This document shows positions 1 to 9,700 of a DNA stretch of 44,862 bases, piece after piece (position 1 is the stretch's first letter; every line of letters begins with the position of its first letter). The translations under genes were made by a program, and so were the position numbers. Source of the stretch: a virus (taxonomy: Duplodnaviria; Caudoviricetes); IMG/VR virus record IMGVR_UViG_3300049142_000086, positions 1 through 44,862 of that record; one strand, 5' to 3'. The notes under the pieces are model-generated. The model searched no databases. It was not told the origin of the DNA and saw nothing but the letters and a program-made list of their open reading frames with translations.

Positions 1-1
1 T

Positions 2-115
2 CCTTGCTGGGTGCGGGGCGGCGGCACACCCCGCCCCGCACCCAGCAAGGACGACGCCAAGGCCAGGGCCCACGCCCTGGCCGTGAAGATGGGCTACGCC
101 AAGCCCGCCGCCTGA
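2..115 (+). CDS. C-terminal end of probable capsid scaffolding protein (partial)
   Basis: Frame 2 is open from the window edge to TGA at 113-115 (...PSKDDAKARAHALAVKMGYAKPAA*). It lies immediately upstream of the decoration/capsid genes. Confidence 0.55.
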   Translation, partial: PCWVRGGGTPRPAPSKDDAKARAHALAVKMGYAKPAA

Positions 116-222
116 CCACAGGCGCCCGAAGACCGAGGGACCACGCCTCTCCTCCCGTGGACGACACCCACCCGGTGTCCGCCCCCCAGTAGTACATCCC
201 CATTCCACGGGAGGAGACCGGC

Positions 223-642
223 ATGGACATCCAGCCGCTCACCACGCAGGAAACCGTCACCGCGGACCGCCGCTGGCTGATGTCGACGTACGGCACCGAG
301 ACCAACAAGACCATCACCCTCGACACCAGCACCTTCACCGAGCACACCCACTGGCTGCCGACCAACCGGCACGTCAACCAGCGCGTCCTGAAGTCCGGCC
401 TGCCCCTCGGCCGGATCACCGCCTCCGGGCTGTACGGCATCTACGACTCCGCCGCCACCGACGGCCGCGAGGTCTTCGCTGGCCTCCTCGAGACGGAGAC
501 GGCCTACAACCCCACCTCGACGAAGGTCGGCGCCGCGCTGCGCATCATCGGCGACATCGACGCCTCCAAGCTCCCCGTCGCGTTCACGCCGCCCGCCGCC
601 GCGAACCGCACCGACTCCCTCCACTTCTCCAACGTGGCCTGA
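223..642 (+). CDS. Head decoration / capsid cement protein
   Basis: 139 aa with SD GGAGGAG. The LKSGLPLGRITASGLYGIYD...DGREVFAGLL motif is typical of actinophage head decoration proteins, and the gene directly precedes the capsid gene. Confidence 0.8.
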   Translation: MDIQPLTTQETVTADRRWLMSTYGTETNKTITLDTSTFTEHTHWLPTNRHVNQRVLKSGLPLGRITASGLYGIYDSAATDGREVFAGLLETETAYNPTSTKVGAALRIIGDIDASKLPVAFTPPAAANRTDSLHFSNVA

Positions 643-659
643 GAAGGGACTGACAGACC

Positions 660-1712
660 ATGATGCTCGAAGCCCTGCTCAGGGACATCACCCCGACCGA
701 GATCATCGCGTTCGCCCGCGCCGTGCAGACGCCCGCGGACTACGCCCTCACCCTGAACGTCATGCCGGAACGGCAGATCCAGGGCGTGAAGTTCCGCACC
801 CGCCGCACGTCCCGCCGGGTCAACGCCGCGAAGTACCGCGCGTACGACGCGCAGACCCCCGTCGCGTCCCGCGAGGTCAAGCGCATCGAGACCGAGGGCA
901 TGCTGCCCCCGCTCGGCCAGAAGTACCTCGTCGGCGAACTCGAGACGATCCTCCTCGCGGCCCGCCGCGGCGCCGACGCCTCCGAACTCGTCGAGGCGCT
1001 CTACGACGACGTGGCCGCCCACGTCCTGTCCATCCGGTCCCGCCTGGAGCTGGCCGCCGGCGACCTCCTGACCGACGGCAAGTTCACCCTGGCCAACGAG
1101 AACGGCCTCACCGTCGAGTACGACGCCCAGGTCCCCGCGGCCAACATGCCGACCGCCGCCGTGCCGTGGACGGACCCGACCGCGGACGCCATCGCCGACG
1201 AACTCGCCTGGCTGGAGACGCTGCGCGCCTCCGGTGCACCGATGCCGGAGAAGGTCGTCACCTCCTACAAGGCCCGCGCGCTCCTCGCCGCGAACAACGC
1301 CTACCGCGCCGCCTACTACGGGTCGGTGAACCCCTCCAACACGCCGACCGCCACGCTGGCCCCCAACGAGGTCGACACCGTCCGCGCCCGCTACAACCTG
1401 CCGCCCATCGAGATCTACGACGTGCAGATCCCCAAGGACGACGGCACCATGGCCCGCCCGATCCCCGAGGACCGGTGGGTGATGGTCCCGCCGAACCGGC
1501 AGCAGTGGGGCGAAACCCAGTTCGGCATCACCGCCGAATCCATCGAGCTGACGACCGGCGACAACCCGGCCATCGAGCTCGCGGAAGCGCCCGGGATCAT
1601 CGTCACCCACGGCTGGAAGGACGACCCCGTCCAGGTCTACACCAAGGGTGCCGCCGTCGCGATGCCGGTCCTGTACGTACCGGACATCCACATCACCGCG
1701 AAGGTGTTCTGA
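660..1712 (+). CDS. Major capsid protein (lambda gpE-like family)
   Basis: 350 aa with AKYRAYDAQTP, LPPLGQK and C-terminal AVAMPVL motifs; size and position fit. Confidence 0.9.
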   Translation: MMLEALLRDITPTEIIAFARAVQTPADYALTLNVMPERQIQGVKFRTRRTSRRVNAAKYRAYDAQTPVASREVKRIETEGMLPPLGQKYLVGELETILLAARRGADASELVEALYDDVAAHVLSIRSRLELAAGDLLTDGKFTLANENGLTVEYDAQVPAANMPTAAVPWTDPTADAIADELAWLETLRASGAPMPEKVVTSYKARALLAANNAYRAAYYGSVNPSNTPTATLAPNEVDTVRARYNLPPIEIYDVQIPKDDGTMARPIPEDRWVMVPPNRQQWGETQFGITAESIELTTGDNPAIELAEAPGIIVTHGWKDDPVQVYTKGAAVAMPVLYVPDIHITAKVF

Positions 1713-1714
1713 CC

Positions 1715-1987
1715 ATGGCCAAGCTCGCAGCCACCGTCCACGTGAAGGACCCGCGCACACACCAGATGGTGCAGCTCGACGCCGGCACCGAACCGGAGCC
1801 CGAGCTGGCCGCCCTGGTCACCAACCCCGACGCGTGGGAAGGCGGCAAGCTCCCCGCGGCCGCCACGAAGACCGCCTCCGACTCCACCACGGACGACGAC
1901 GCGGACACCAAGACGGCCGCCAAGCGCGCGGTCCGCAAGCCGGCACGGGGCCGGAGCGCCGCTGACGAGGGCAGCAGCGGCGACTAG
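1715..1987 (+). CDS. Small capsid-associated protein
   Basis: ATG 2 nt after the capsid stop; MAKLAATVHV...ALVTNPDAWEG, 90 aa with a low-complexity tail. Confidence 0.7.
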   Translation: MAKLAATVHVKDPRTHQMVQLDAGTEPEPELAALVTNPDAWEGGKLPAAATKTASDSTTDDDADTKTAAKRAVRKPARGRSAADEGSSGD

Positions 1988-1991
1988 CGGC

Positions 1992-2036
1992 GTGCGGGCC
2001 CGCCCCAGGTGGGGGCGCCACAAGGCGGGCCCGCAC
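1992..2036 (+). terminator. 13-bp stem-loop after the capsid genes
   Basis: Perfect inverted repeat GTGCGGGCCCGCC / GGCGGGCCCGCAC around a 19-nt loop. Confidence 0.6.
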
Positions 2037-2074
2037 CCGCACCCCTTCCCAACCGCACCAGCCAGGAGGACGCC

Positions 2075-2410
2075 ATGAACGAAGCCGTACGGGCATGGCT
2101 CCTCTCCGTGCTCGGCACCAACACCGACCTCGTCGACCTCGAGGCCCGCTACACCCGCCTCGGCTCCGCCCGCGCGGTTGCCCTCGAGGTCCTCCGCCAG
2201 CGCCTCGCCGACCTGCGCGCACAGCCCTCCACCATCAACGTCTCCACCGTCGTCGGCATCTCCTACGTCGAGAACATCAAGTCCTACGAGCGGCAGATCG
2301 AAGCACTCGAGAACGGCGAGAACCCGGCCCCCGACGACCCCACAAGCCCGGACGGCGACAGCCTGGGCGGGATCGGCCTGCTCTACCTGAGGGAAAGGCC
2401 CCGCCGATGA
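2075..2410 (+). CDS. Probable head-tail adaptor
   Basis: SD GGAGGA, 111 aa, helical; position after the capsid gene. Confidence 0.65.
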   Translation: MNEAVRAWLLSVLGTNTDLVDLEARYTRLGSARAVALEVLRQRLADLRAQPSTINVSTVVGISYVENIKSYERQIEALENGENPAPDDPTSPDGDSLGGIGLLYLRERPRR

Positions 2411-3252
2411 CCACTCCCGTCCGGCACCGCGGCCGCACCCTCCGCCAGCGCATCCTCGGCTACATCACCGACGCCGTCGACCGGCTCCGAGCAGCGTGGG
2501 CCATCCTCGGCATCGCCCAGACCCGCCTCCTCAACGCCCTCACCCGCATACGGCCAGGCCGTACCTCCGGCGGCGGACGCGCGCTCAGAGCGGCGATCGC
2601 CGCCTTCAACACCTCCCTCGGAGCGTTCGCCCGCGCAGCCGGCGCCTTCGCGGAACGCTGGGCCTCCTCCGACCTGCCCCTCATCTACCGGGAGGGCGCC
2701 TGGCAGATGCTGGAGAACGCCGACAGGCGCACCAGCCGGTTCCAGTGGACCGAACGGCACCGCGCCGCCGTCACCGCGGCGTCCGCGCAGTACTACGCCG
2801 ACCTCACCGCCCGCATCACCGAGGCCCTGCGCCGGGCCCGCGCCTTCCTTCGCGCCGTACAAGACGCCGCCCGCGACGCCCTCTCCGTCCGCATCGACAC
2901 CGCCGCGTTGCGCCGCGACCACCCGCTGGACACCGTGATCTACGCCAACAACTCCCGCCACCCGGTCGACGCCTGGGCCAGCGCCGCCATTACCTGGCAG
3001 GCCGTCACCACCGCCAACACGGCGGCCGCCCGCACCGCGCTGGACGAGCTGGGGACCGAGTGGGTGGAGGTCCGGGACGGGCCTGATTGCGGCTGGACTA
3101 GCCACGACGATCCCGACCGTGCCAACCGGACGCTGCGCACCGTGCAGGACGCCCTCGCCTACCCCTCAGCGCACCCCCACTGCCAACGGGAACTGCTGCC
3201 CCGCCTCGACCTCATCGGCCGAACCGAGATCCGCTCTGGAGCGCCCCTATGA
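2407..3252 (+). CDS. Minor capsid / MuF-like head morphogenesis protein
   Basis: ATGA overlap; C-terminal VEVRDGPDCGW...AHPHCQR metal-binding motif typical of MuF/minor capsid proteins. Confidence 0.7.
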   Translation: MTTPVRHRGRTLRQRILGYITDAVDRLRAAWAILGIAQTRLLNALTRIRPGRTSGGGRALRAAIAAFNTSLGAFARAAGAFAERWASSDLPLIYREGAWQMLENADRRTSRFQWTERHRAAVTAASAQYYADLTARITEALRRARAFLRAVQDAARDALSVRIDTAALRRDHPLDTVIYANNSRHPVDAWASAAITWQAVTTANTAAARTALDELGTEWVEVRDGPDCGWTSHDDPDRANRTLRTVQDALAYPSAHPHCQRELLPRLDLIGRTEIRSGAPL

Positions 3253-3452
3253 CTGCCGTACACCACCTCATTCCGGGGACCACTCTTGCCGACGTTGGGA
3301 ACGTCAGCCACCACGAGACCAGCGACGCCCCGTGTGCCTGCAAACCCACCGAATGCTTCGGACAAGACAAGGACGGGTCGCCCCTGCGGGTCATGGTCCA
3401 CAACTCGCTGGATATCGCTGGTAGCCACCAGAAGGATCAGGCGGAGCGGTGA
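3249..3452 (+). CDS. Small His/Cys protein of unknown function
   Basis: 67 aa with 4-nt overlaps at both ends; H...CxCxP...VHNSLD motif. Confidence 0.6.
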   Translation: MTAVHHLIPGTTLADVGNVSHHETSDAPCACKPTECFGQDKDGSPLRVMVHNSLDIAGSHQKDQAER

Positions 3453-3832
3453 CCGGCACCCCCATAGAGCCACAGGCGCACGGCGTCCGGATCGACGCCC
3501 AGCCCGGCCACGCCACCATCACCATCGACGGCACCCCCCTGCCCGCTGGAACCGTCACCGGCTACACGCTCCAGCACGACATCGTCGGGGGCCTCCCCCT
3601 CGTCGTCCTGCACACGCGACAGCCCGAGGCAGTCGCCTTCGAAGGGCTCGCGCGGGTCGCCGTGGGCGTCGCCGAGAGCCCCGCCGACATCGTGGCCGGC
3701 TTCCTCGCCCAGATCGACCCGGCCGAGCTGGAGAACGCCGCTCTGAACCGGGACGACCTCGGCACCGACCGCTACGACCTGACCCGGGCCATGCTCCGGC
3801 AGGCCACCGACTGGGCGCGAGGACAGCAGTAA
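3449..3832 (+). CDS. Hypothetical protein
   Basis: GTGA overlap, 127 aa, high GC3. Confidence 0.7.
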   Translation: MTGTPIEPQAHGVRIDAQPGHATITIDGTPLPAGTVTGYTLQHDIVGGLPLVVLHTRQPEAVAFEGLARVAVGVAESPADIVAGFLAQIDPAELENAALNRDDLGTDRYDLTRAMLRQATDWARGQQ

Positions 3833-4290
3833 TGGCCGGCCTCGACAACGCGCTCACCGGAGTCGTCACCTGGATCCAGACCAACCTCATGGTGGACACC
3901 GTCCGCATCGTCCGACCCGCCACCGGCGACCCAGTCCTCAACCCAGACACGGGCCGGCTCGAGTACCCCGAGCCCGCACTGGTCTACGAGGGGATCGGCG
4001 CCGTCATCGCTGCCGGTGCGCCAGGCGGAATCAGCTCCCTGCCGTCCGCCACCCTCCCCTGGGCGGAAGAGACGATGTCCCCTGCCCGCCTGCTCACCCC
4101 CCTCACAGCGCCCATCCCCGCCCGGGACGATCTGGTGACCGTCGTCGCCGTACACAACCCCGCCAATACGGCACTCATCGGACGGTCCTGGTTCTGCCAG
4201 GACCCCGGCCGGGCCTCCACCGTGGAAGTCGTCCGCATCACCCCCATGGACATGAAGCAGGCCCCCCGCACCCAGGGGAGTACACCGTGA
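3832..4290 (+). CDS. Head-tail stopper (DUF6093-like)
   Basis: TAATG overlap; MVDTVRIVR...PVLNPDTG...VYEG motif. Confidence 0.75.
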   Translation: MAGLDNALTGVVTWIQTNLMVDTVRIVRPATGDPVLNPDTGRLEYPEPALVYEGIGAVIAAGAPGGISSLPSATLPWAEETMSPARLLTPLTAPIPARDDLVTVVAVHNPANTALIGRSWFCQDPGRASTVEVVRITPMDMKQAPRTQGSTP

Positions 4291-4676
4291 ACCTGGACGA
4301 CCTCGCCAGCCGACTCGAGCGCGCCGCCGACCAGATCGGCCCGGTCACGGAGCGCCGGATCCGGGCCGTGGGCGCCGCCGGCGTCGCCCGGATCCGGCAG
4401 AACGCGTCCGGCCGGCCCGGCCCGAACGTCATCACCGGCCAGTACCGCGCCTCGTGGCGAGCCGTCACCGAGCGGATCCCTCACGGCGCCGAGTGCACCA
4501 TCGGCACGACCGCACCGCAGGGACGGCGCCTCGAGTTCGGCTTCTGGGACATGACCGACAGCATCGGCCGGCACTTCTTCCAGCCTCCCTTCCCGCACGT
4601 CCAGCCAGCCCTCGGCTTCATCGAGGACACGCTGCACGAGCAAATGCGCGCCGCCGTGAGGGAGCTGTTCGAATGA
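4287..4676 (+). CDS. HK97 gp10-like neck/tail-completion protein
   Basis: TGQYRASW...RLEFG...PPFPHVQPA motifs. Confidence 0.8.
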   Translation: MNLDDLASRLERAADQIGPVTERRIRAVGAAGVARIRQNASGRPGPNVITGQYRASWRAVTERIPHGAECTIGTTAPQGRRLEFGFWDMTDSIGRHFFQPPFPHVQPALGFIEDTLHEQMRAAVRELFE

Positions 4677-5137
4677 TCCAGAAACGACTGGTCACGAACT
4701 GGGTGAAGGCCACCCTCAGCGCCGCCTCCGGCATGCCGGTGGGGGAAAGCCGCGCGCCCACGTCGGGAGCCGCGCCGCCCTACTACCTGCTGTACTCCGT
4801 CGACACGCGAGTGTCCGGCGCTCCTTTTTCCGACCTCAGCGAGGACGGCTCGTTCGTCTACCAGATCACGTCCGTGTCCGGCCCGGACCCGAACGTGCCA
4901 CAATCCACCGCCGACCTCGACCAACTCGAATGGATGGCCGACAAGGCCCGCTCCACACTCCTCGGCCGTAACCCGGCCACCGGCTTGTGGCTGTACCCGT
5001 TCACCGTGCCCGGACTGTCGTGCATGACCCGCTCCCTCGACGTGGAGTGGGGCGGACAGCCTGGGGGAACGTCCGAACAGGAAGCTGCAATCATGACTTA
5101 TGTGCAGCGGTTCAGGTTCAACCTGACCCCTGCCTGA
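4673..5137 (+). CDS. Tail terminator protein
   Basis: ATGA overlap, 154 aa, PPYYLLY and YQITSV strands; precedes the major tail gene. Confidence 0.7.
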   Translation: MIQKRLVTNWVKATLSAASGMPVGESRAPTSGAAPPYYLLYSVDTRVSGAPFSDLSEDGSFVYQITSVSGPDPNVPQSTADLDQLEWMADKARSTLLGRNPATGLWLYPFTVPGLSCMTRSLDVEWGGQPGGTSEQEAAIMTYVQRFRFNLTPA

Positions 5138-5262
5138 GCCCCCTGCGAGGGCTCGTGCACAACCGCACCGCGGCGGGCCCCGCGGACGCCACCACCAGGT
5201 GGCCGCCACACCAAACCGTGTAGCAGGGGCCCCCTCTTGGCCCCTATCCGCGAGGGGCCACC

Positions 5263-5733
5263 ATGAGGTTCAACCGCAAGGGCACCACCCGTATCTACTA
5301 CGTTCCGACGATCGCCGCGACCACGCTGATCCCCACCGCAGCGGAGATCGACGCCGGCACGGACTACACCGCGCAGATCAACGCGATCGACGGCTGGTCG
5401 CTGGAGAACACCCCGATCGAGACCCCGGACATGGCGTCCACCTTCGTGAGCAAGATCGGCGGTGACGACTCCGCAGCCGACTCCAGCCTCACCTTCTACG
5501 AGGACTCCACCACCGACACCATCGAGACTGACCTCGCCAAGGGCACGTCCGGCTACATCGTCATCTTCTCCAAGGGGAAGACGGCCGGCGCGAAGGGCAT
5601 GGACGTCTATCCGGTCACCGTGGTCAGCAACTCGAAGGCATACACCACGGACAACGAGGCCGCGAAGATCACCGTCCAGTTCACGATCACGCAGCGCCCG
5701 GTCTTCAACCAGACCGTGCCCACCGCCGCGTAA
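5263..5733 (+). CDS. Major tail tube protein
   Basis: 156 aa, Thr-rich beta protein (PTAAEIDAGTD, IETPDMASTF). Confidence 0.85.
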   Translation: MRFNRKGTTRIYYVPTIAATTLIPTAAEIDAGTDYTAQINAIDGWSLENTPIETPDMASTFVSKIGGDDSAADSSLTFYEDSTTDTIETDLAKGTSGYIVIFSKGKTAGAKGMDVYPVTVVSNSKAYTTDNEAAKITVQFTITQRPVFNQTVPTAA

Positions 5734-5822
5734 CCCTTCCCCACCAGCCCCCGGCCGGGCCCGTGACGTACACGGGAAGGGCGCCACGACGCCCGGCCGG
5801 GCCTTCCCGAAGGACACCCGCC

Positions 5823-6344
5823 ATGACCACCTGGGACGCCCTCGCCAAGCGCCTCGACCGCGTGAAGAAGCCCGTCCGGACCTTCTCACTGTGCGACGAC
5901 CCCGACATCCGCGACCGCTACCTCGCCGCCAAGCGCGAAGCCGAGCGAGCCGACACCTACCTGCAATCCCTCTCCCCGGACGCCGACCCCCAGGCCCGCG
6001 CCCTGGTGGAGAAGCAGGCCAAGGACGCCCACACCGCACTCGCCGAGGCGAAGAAGGACTACGACGCCCACACCGTCACCCTGCGCTTCCAGGCCCTGGA
6101 ACAGCAGCAACTCGAGACCCTCCTCGCCGAGCACCCGCCGACCGAGCAGGACGAAGCCGACGGCGCCGAGTTCGACAGCGGCACCTTCATGCCCGCCCTG
6201 ATCGCCGCCGCGTCCCTGGACGGTATGCCCGTCGAGGCCGCGGCCCGCTACCTGAAGACGTGGACGCCGGCCGACGCCCGCGCTCTGTGGAACGCGGCCT
6301 GGTCCGTGCAGCACACGCAGCGGACCGACCTGGGAAAAGGCTGA
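5823..6344 (+). CDS. Tail assembly chaperone (gpG-like)
   Basis: Lies between the major tail and tape measure genes and ends ...DLGKG* over a slippery site. Confidence 0.85.
   Translation: MTTWDALAKRLDRVKKPVRTFSLCDDPDIRDRYLAAKREAERADTYLQSLSPDADPQARALVEKQAKDAHTALAEAKKDYDAHTVTLRFQALEQQQLETLLAEHPPTEQDEADGAEFDSGTFMPALIAAASLDGMPVEAAARYLKTWTPADARALWNAAWSVQHTQRTDLGKG
6332..6338 (+). other. Programmed -1 ribosomal frameshift site G GGA AAA
   Basis: X XXY YYZ heptamer in the correct frame just before the TGA at 6342-6344; the -1 frame is open to 6706. Confidence 0.85.
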
Positions 6345-6706
6345 TCGAGGATGCCGTCTTCCGAGCCGAGATGGAGCTGTGCCACAAGTGGGGCATCCCC
6401 CACTCGCAGTTCCGCGGGCACGGCGACGGCACCTGGACCAGCCTCGACCGCCGCAAGGCCCTCGCCTACGCCCACTACCTCAAGCAGGTCTGCCCCTCCT
6501 GCGGCACCCGCGCCGAGGAATGGGACGAGGCACTCGGGGGCGACGAGGACGCCTACCGCGCCATCACCCACCGCTGCATCGGCTGCCAGCTCATCGCCGA
6601 CAAGCAGAAAACCGTCCCCGACGGCGACGAAGGGCACGGCGTGAAAGTCCTGCTGATCCCGACCAGCGTCCACGCCGCACTGCAACTCCAGCACACCCAC
6701 CCCTGA
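6338..6706 (+). CDS. Frameshift extension of the tail chaperone (gpT-like)
   Basis: The -1 frame reads RLIEDAVFRAEMELCHKWG...CPSCG...CIGC. Confidence 0.8.
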   Translation, partial: RLIEDAVFRAEMELCHKWGIPHSQFRGHGDGTWTSLDRRKALAYAHYLKQVCPSCGTRAEEWDEALGGDEDAYRAITHRCIGCQLIADKQKTVPDGDEGHGVKVLLIPTSVHAALQLQHTHP

Positions 6707-6722
6707 AGGAAGGAGCCCGCCG

Positions 6723-9700
6723 ATGAGCCAGTGGAACCTCTCCGTGCGCCTCACCGGACAGGGCTCCGGCCTCACTCGCACCCTGCGCACCCTGGCCCGG
6801 GAGGCCCGGGACGCCTCCCGCGACGTCAACGCGCTCCGCCGCGACATCGACCACCTGCGCACGGAAGCCAGCCAAGGCATCCGCCTCAGCCTGCGACTCG
6901 ACGACCCCATGCAGCTCCGCCGCGACGTGGCCGCGGCAGTGCGATGGGCGTCGATGAACCAGAACATCACCGTCCGCGTGAACGCGGACACCAGCGCACT
7001 GACCGGACTCACCCAGTCCCTCGGCGGCCTGGGGGGAGGATCCCGCAGTTCCCGCGGCATCCTGCAAGGGCTGCTCATGCTCGCCCCGTCGGCGATCCCG
7101 CTCGTGGCCGGCCTGTCCACGGGCGTCGCGGCCCTCGCCGGGCAGTTCGCTCTCGGTGGCGCCGCCGCGACCGCGTTCGGTGTCGCCCTGGCCGGGCAGA
7201 TCGAGCCCCTCACGGAAGCCGCGGACGCGGAGAAGAAGTACCAGGACGCCGTACGGGAGCACGGCCGGTCCTCCGCCGAGGCGATGCAGGCCCAGCTCAA
7301 GTACCAGCAGATCATCGCCAGCCTGCCGCCCGAGGCGCAGCAGGCCGCAATCGCGCTGTCCAGCCTCAAGCAGGAGTTCCAAGGCTGGTCGGACGACATG
7401 GCCGTCTTCACCATGGCCCCGGTTACCAAGGGCTTCACGCTCCTCGAGCAGCTCATCCCCCGGATGACGCCGCACGTGGAGTCGTTCTCCCGCGAGCTGG
7501 ACCGGCTGATGAACGTTGCCGGCGGAGCTATCACCACGCCCGGCTTCGACGCACTGGCTGACAAGGTCGCCACCCTCACCGACCAGCAGTTGGACGAGTT
7601 CACCGACGACGTCATCCACCTCCTCCGCGTCGTCTCCGAAGGCGACGCCGACAGTGGGGCCCTCGGCCAGTTCCTCGACTACGCCCGGGAGAACGGGCCG
7701 GAAGCGCGGGCGGCGATCCAGGCGATCGGGCAGGCGGTCATGGTCCTCGCCGAGGGCGCATCCGAAGCGGGCCCGACCATCCTCACCCTTGTCACCGCGG
7801 CGGCCCGCTTGGTGGCGGCGCTGCCGCCCGAGCTGGTCGGCATCATCATCCAGGTCGCCACCGCCCTGAAGCTGCTCCAGCTCTCCGGGGCGGGCATGGC
7901 CGTGCTCGCGGCCGGTCTGGGGCGGGTTCGTACGCAGATCGCTGCGGTGGGCGCGACGTCTGCCGCCGCCGGGGGCGGTATCGCCGGGCTGCGGGCCGCG
8001 TTCCTCGCCCTCGGTACCGCCGCGAAGGCATCCGTCGTGCTCGCCGGGATCGGCACCCTGGTCTATGCGCTCTCGGAACTGTCCGATCTTGGGCAGGAAG
8101 CCCCACCGAACGTCGACAAGCTCACCACATCCCTGGGCAAGCTGGGGAAGTCCGGGAAGGTTACCGGCGAGCTGGCCCGGGTCTTCGGTAAGGACCTTGA
8201 CGACCTCTACGACAAGGTCCGCAACATCACCGACCCGTCTACCGTCGACAACATCCAGAACGGACTGGTCAAGGTCTTCAGCCTGGGCATGGCAGACTCC
8301 ACCCCATCCAAGGCCGCTCGTGAATCCCTCGACGCCATCGACGAGAGCCTGACCAACCTCGTACGGGGCGGGAAGGCGGACATCGCCGCCGCTGCTCTTG
8401 AGCGGATGAAGGCCGCCTATGGCAAGGGCGGGAAGGACGTTTCTGAGTTCACCGACCAGATGGACGGGTACAACGCGGCCGTCGAAGACATGCGCTTCGA
8501 GCAGGAACTGGCGGCGGCGAGCATGGGCCTGTTTGGCCGGGCAGCCATGGACACCCAGGCGAAGCTGGAGGCGCAGAAGAAGAGCGCCGACGGGCTGCGG
8601 CAGTCGATTCTCGCGTTGAACGAGGTCAACCGGGCCGCCGGCTCCGCTATGTCGGCGTTCGAGCAGTCTCTGGACGACGTCACGAAGGCGACCCAGAACC
8701 ATGCCGGTGCGCTGAAGATGCGGGACGGGGAGCTGGACCTCGGCTCGCAGAAGGCCCGGGACGCCGAGAAGGTGCTGTCCGAGCTGGCCGCGAACACCGA
8801 TGCGGCGGCGGCTGCCGCACGGGAGCAGGGCAAGTCGTGGGAGCACGTCAACGGCATCTTCACGGAGGGCCGCGACGCGTTCATCGCGGCCGCCGACAGC
8901 ATGGGCCTCACCCGGCAGCAGGCGGAGGCGCTCGCCGACTCCTACCTGAAGATCCCGGACAAGAAGTCCATGACGCTGGAGATGCGGACCGAGGACGCGG
9001 TCGCCAGCCTGGACTCCGTCATCGCGGCCATCCAGCGGACCCCGGACGCCAAGAGCGTCACGGTGAGCGCGCTGACCGACGATGCGGTCATCATGCTCGA
9101 GGCGCTCGGCTACAAGGTCACCGAGCTCAAGGACGGCCGTTTCACGGTCACCGCGGAGACCGGGACCGCCAGCACGAATCTGGACCAGGTCCGGCAGAAG
9201 CGTGACGGGCTGCAAGACAAGACCATCGTGATCAATTCGTCCGTTGCCAGCACCATCGCCGACCTGCAAGCGGTCCAGCAGAAGGTCGCCTCCACCAACG
9301 GCAAGACGATCACGATGAAGGCGCCGACCGCGGAGGCCCGGCACCAGCTCGAGCTGCTCGGATTCAAGATCCGCGACACCAAGGGCAAGAACGTCGTCAT
9401 TACCGTCCCCACCGGCACCCAGCGCGCCAACGTGGGTGCGCTCGGCTCCGCGATAGCCGGGCTGAGGGACAAGACGGTCACCATCACCACCAGGCACGTC
9501 AGCATCCACGAGACGGTCCGGAAGAGCACGCAGACAACCGCTGACCTCATCAGTCAGCAGGCCGAGCGGTTCGCCCAGGCGGACGGCGGAACCATCGACT
9601 TCTACGCCCGCGGCGGCATCCGCAGCTTTGCCAACGGCTCTCCGGGCCGCCGTGAAAACCACGTTGCACAGATCGCCCCGGCAGGCTCATGGCGGGTATG

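Noticed and set aside
6591-9662. 1023-aa minus-strand ORF, and similar long antisense ORFs at 27916-29958, 29181-31568 and 31520-33487
   Set aside because: These are shadow frames of real genes in high-GC DNA, with no recognisable motifs.
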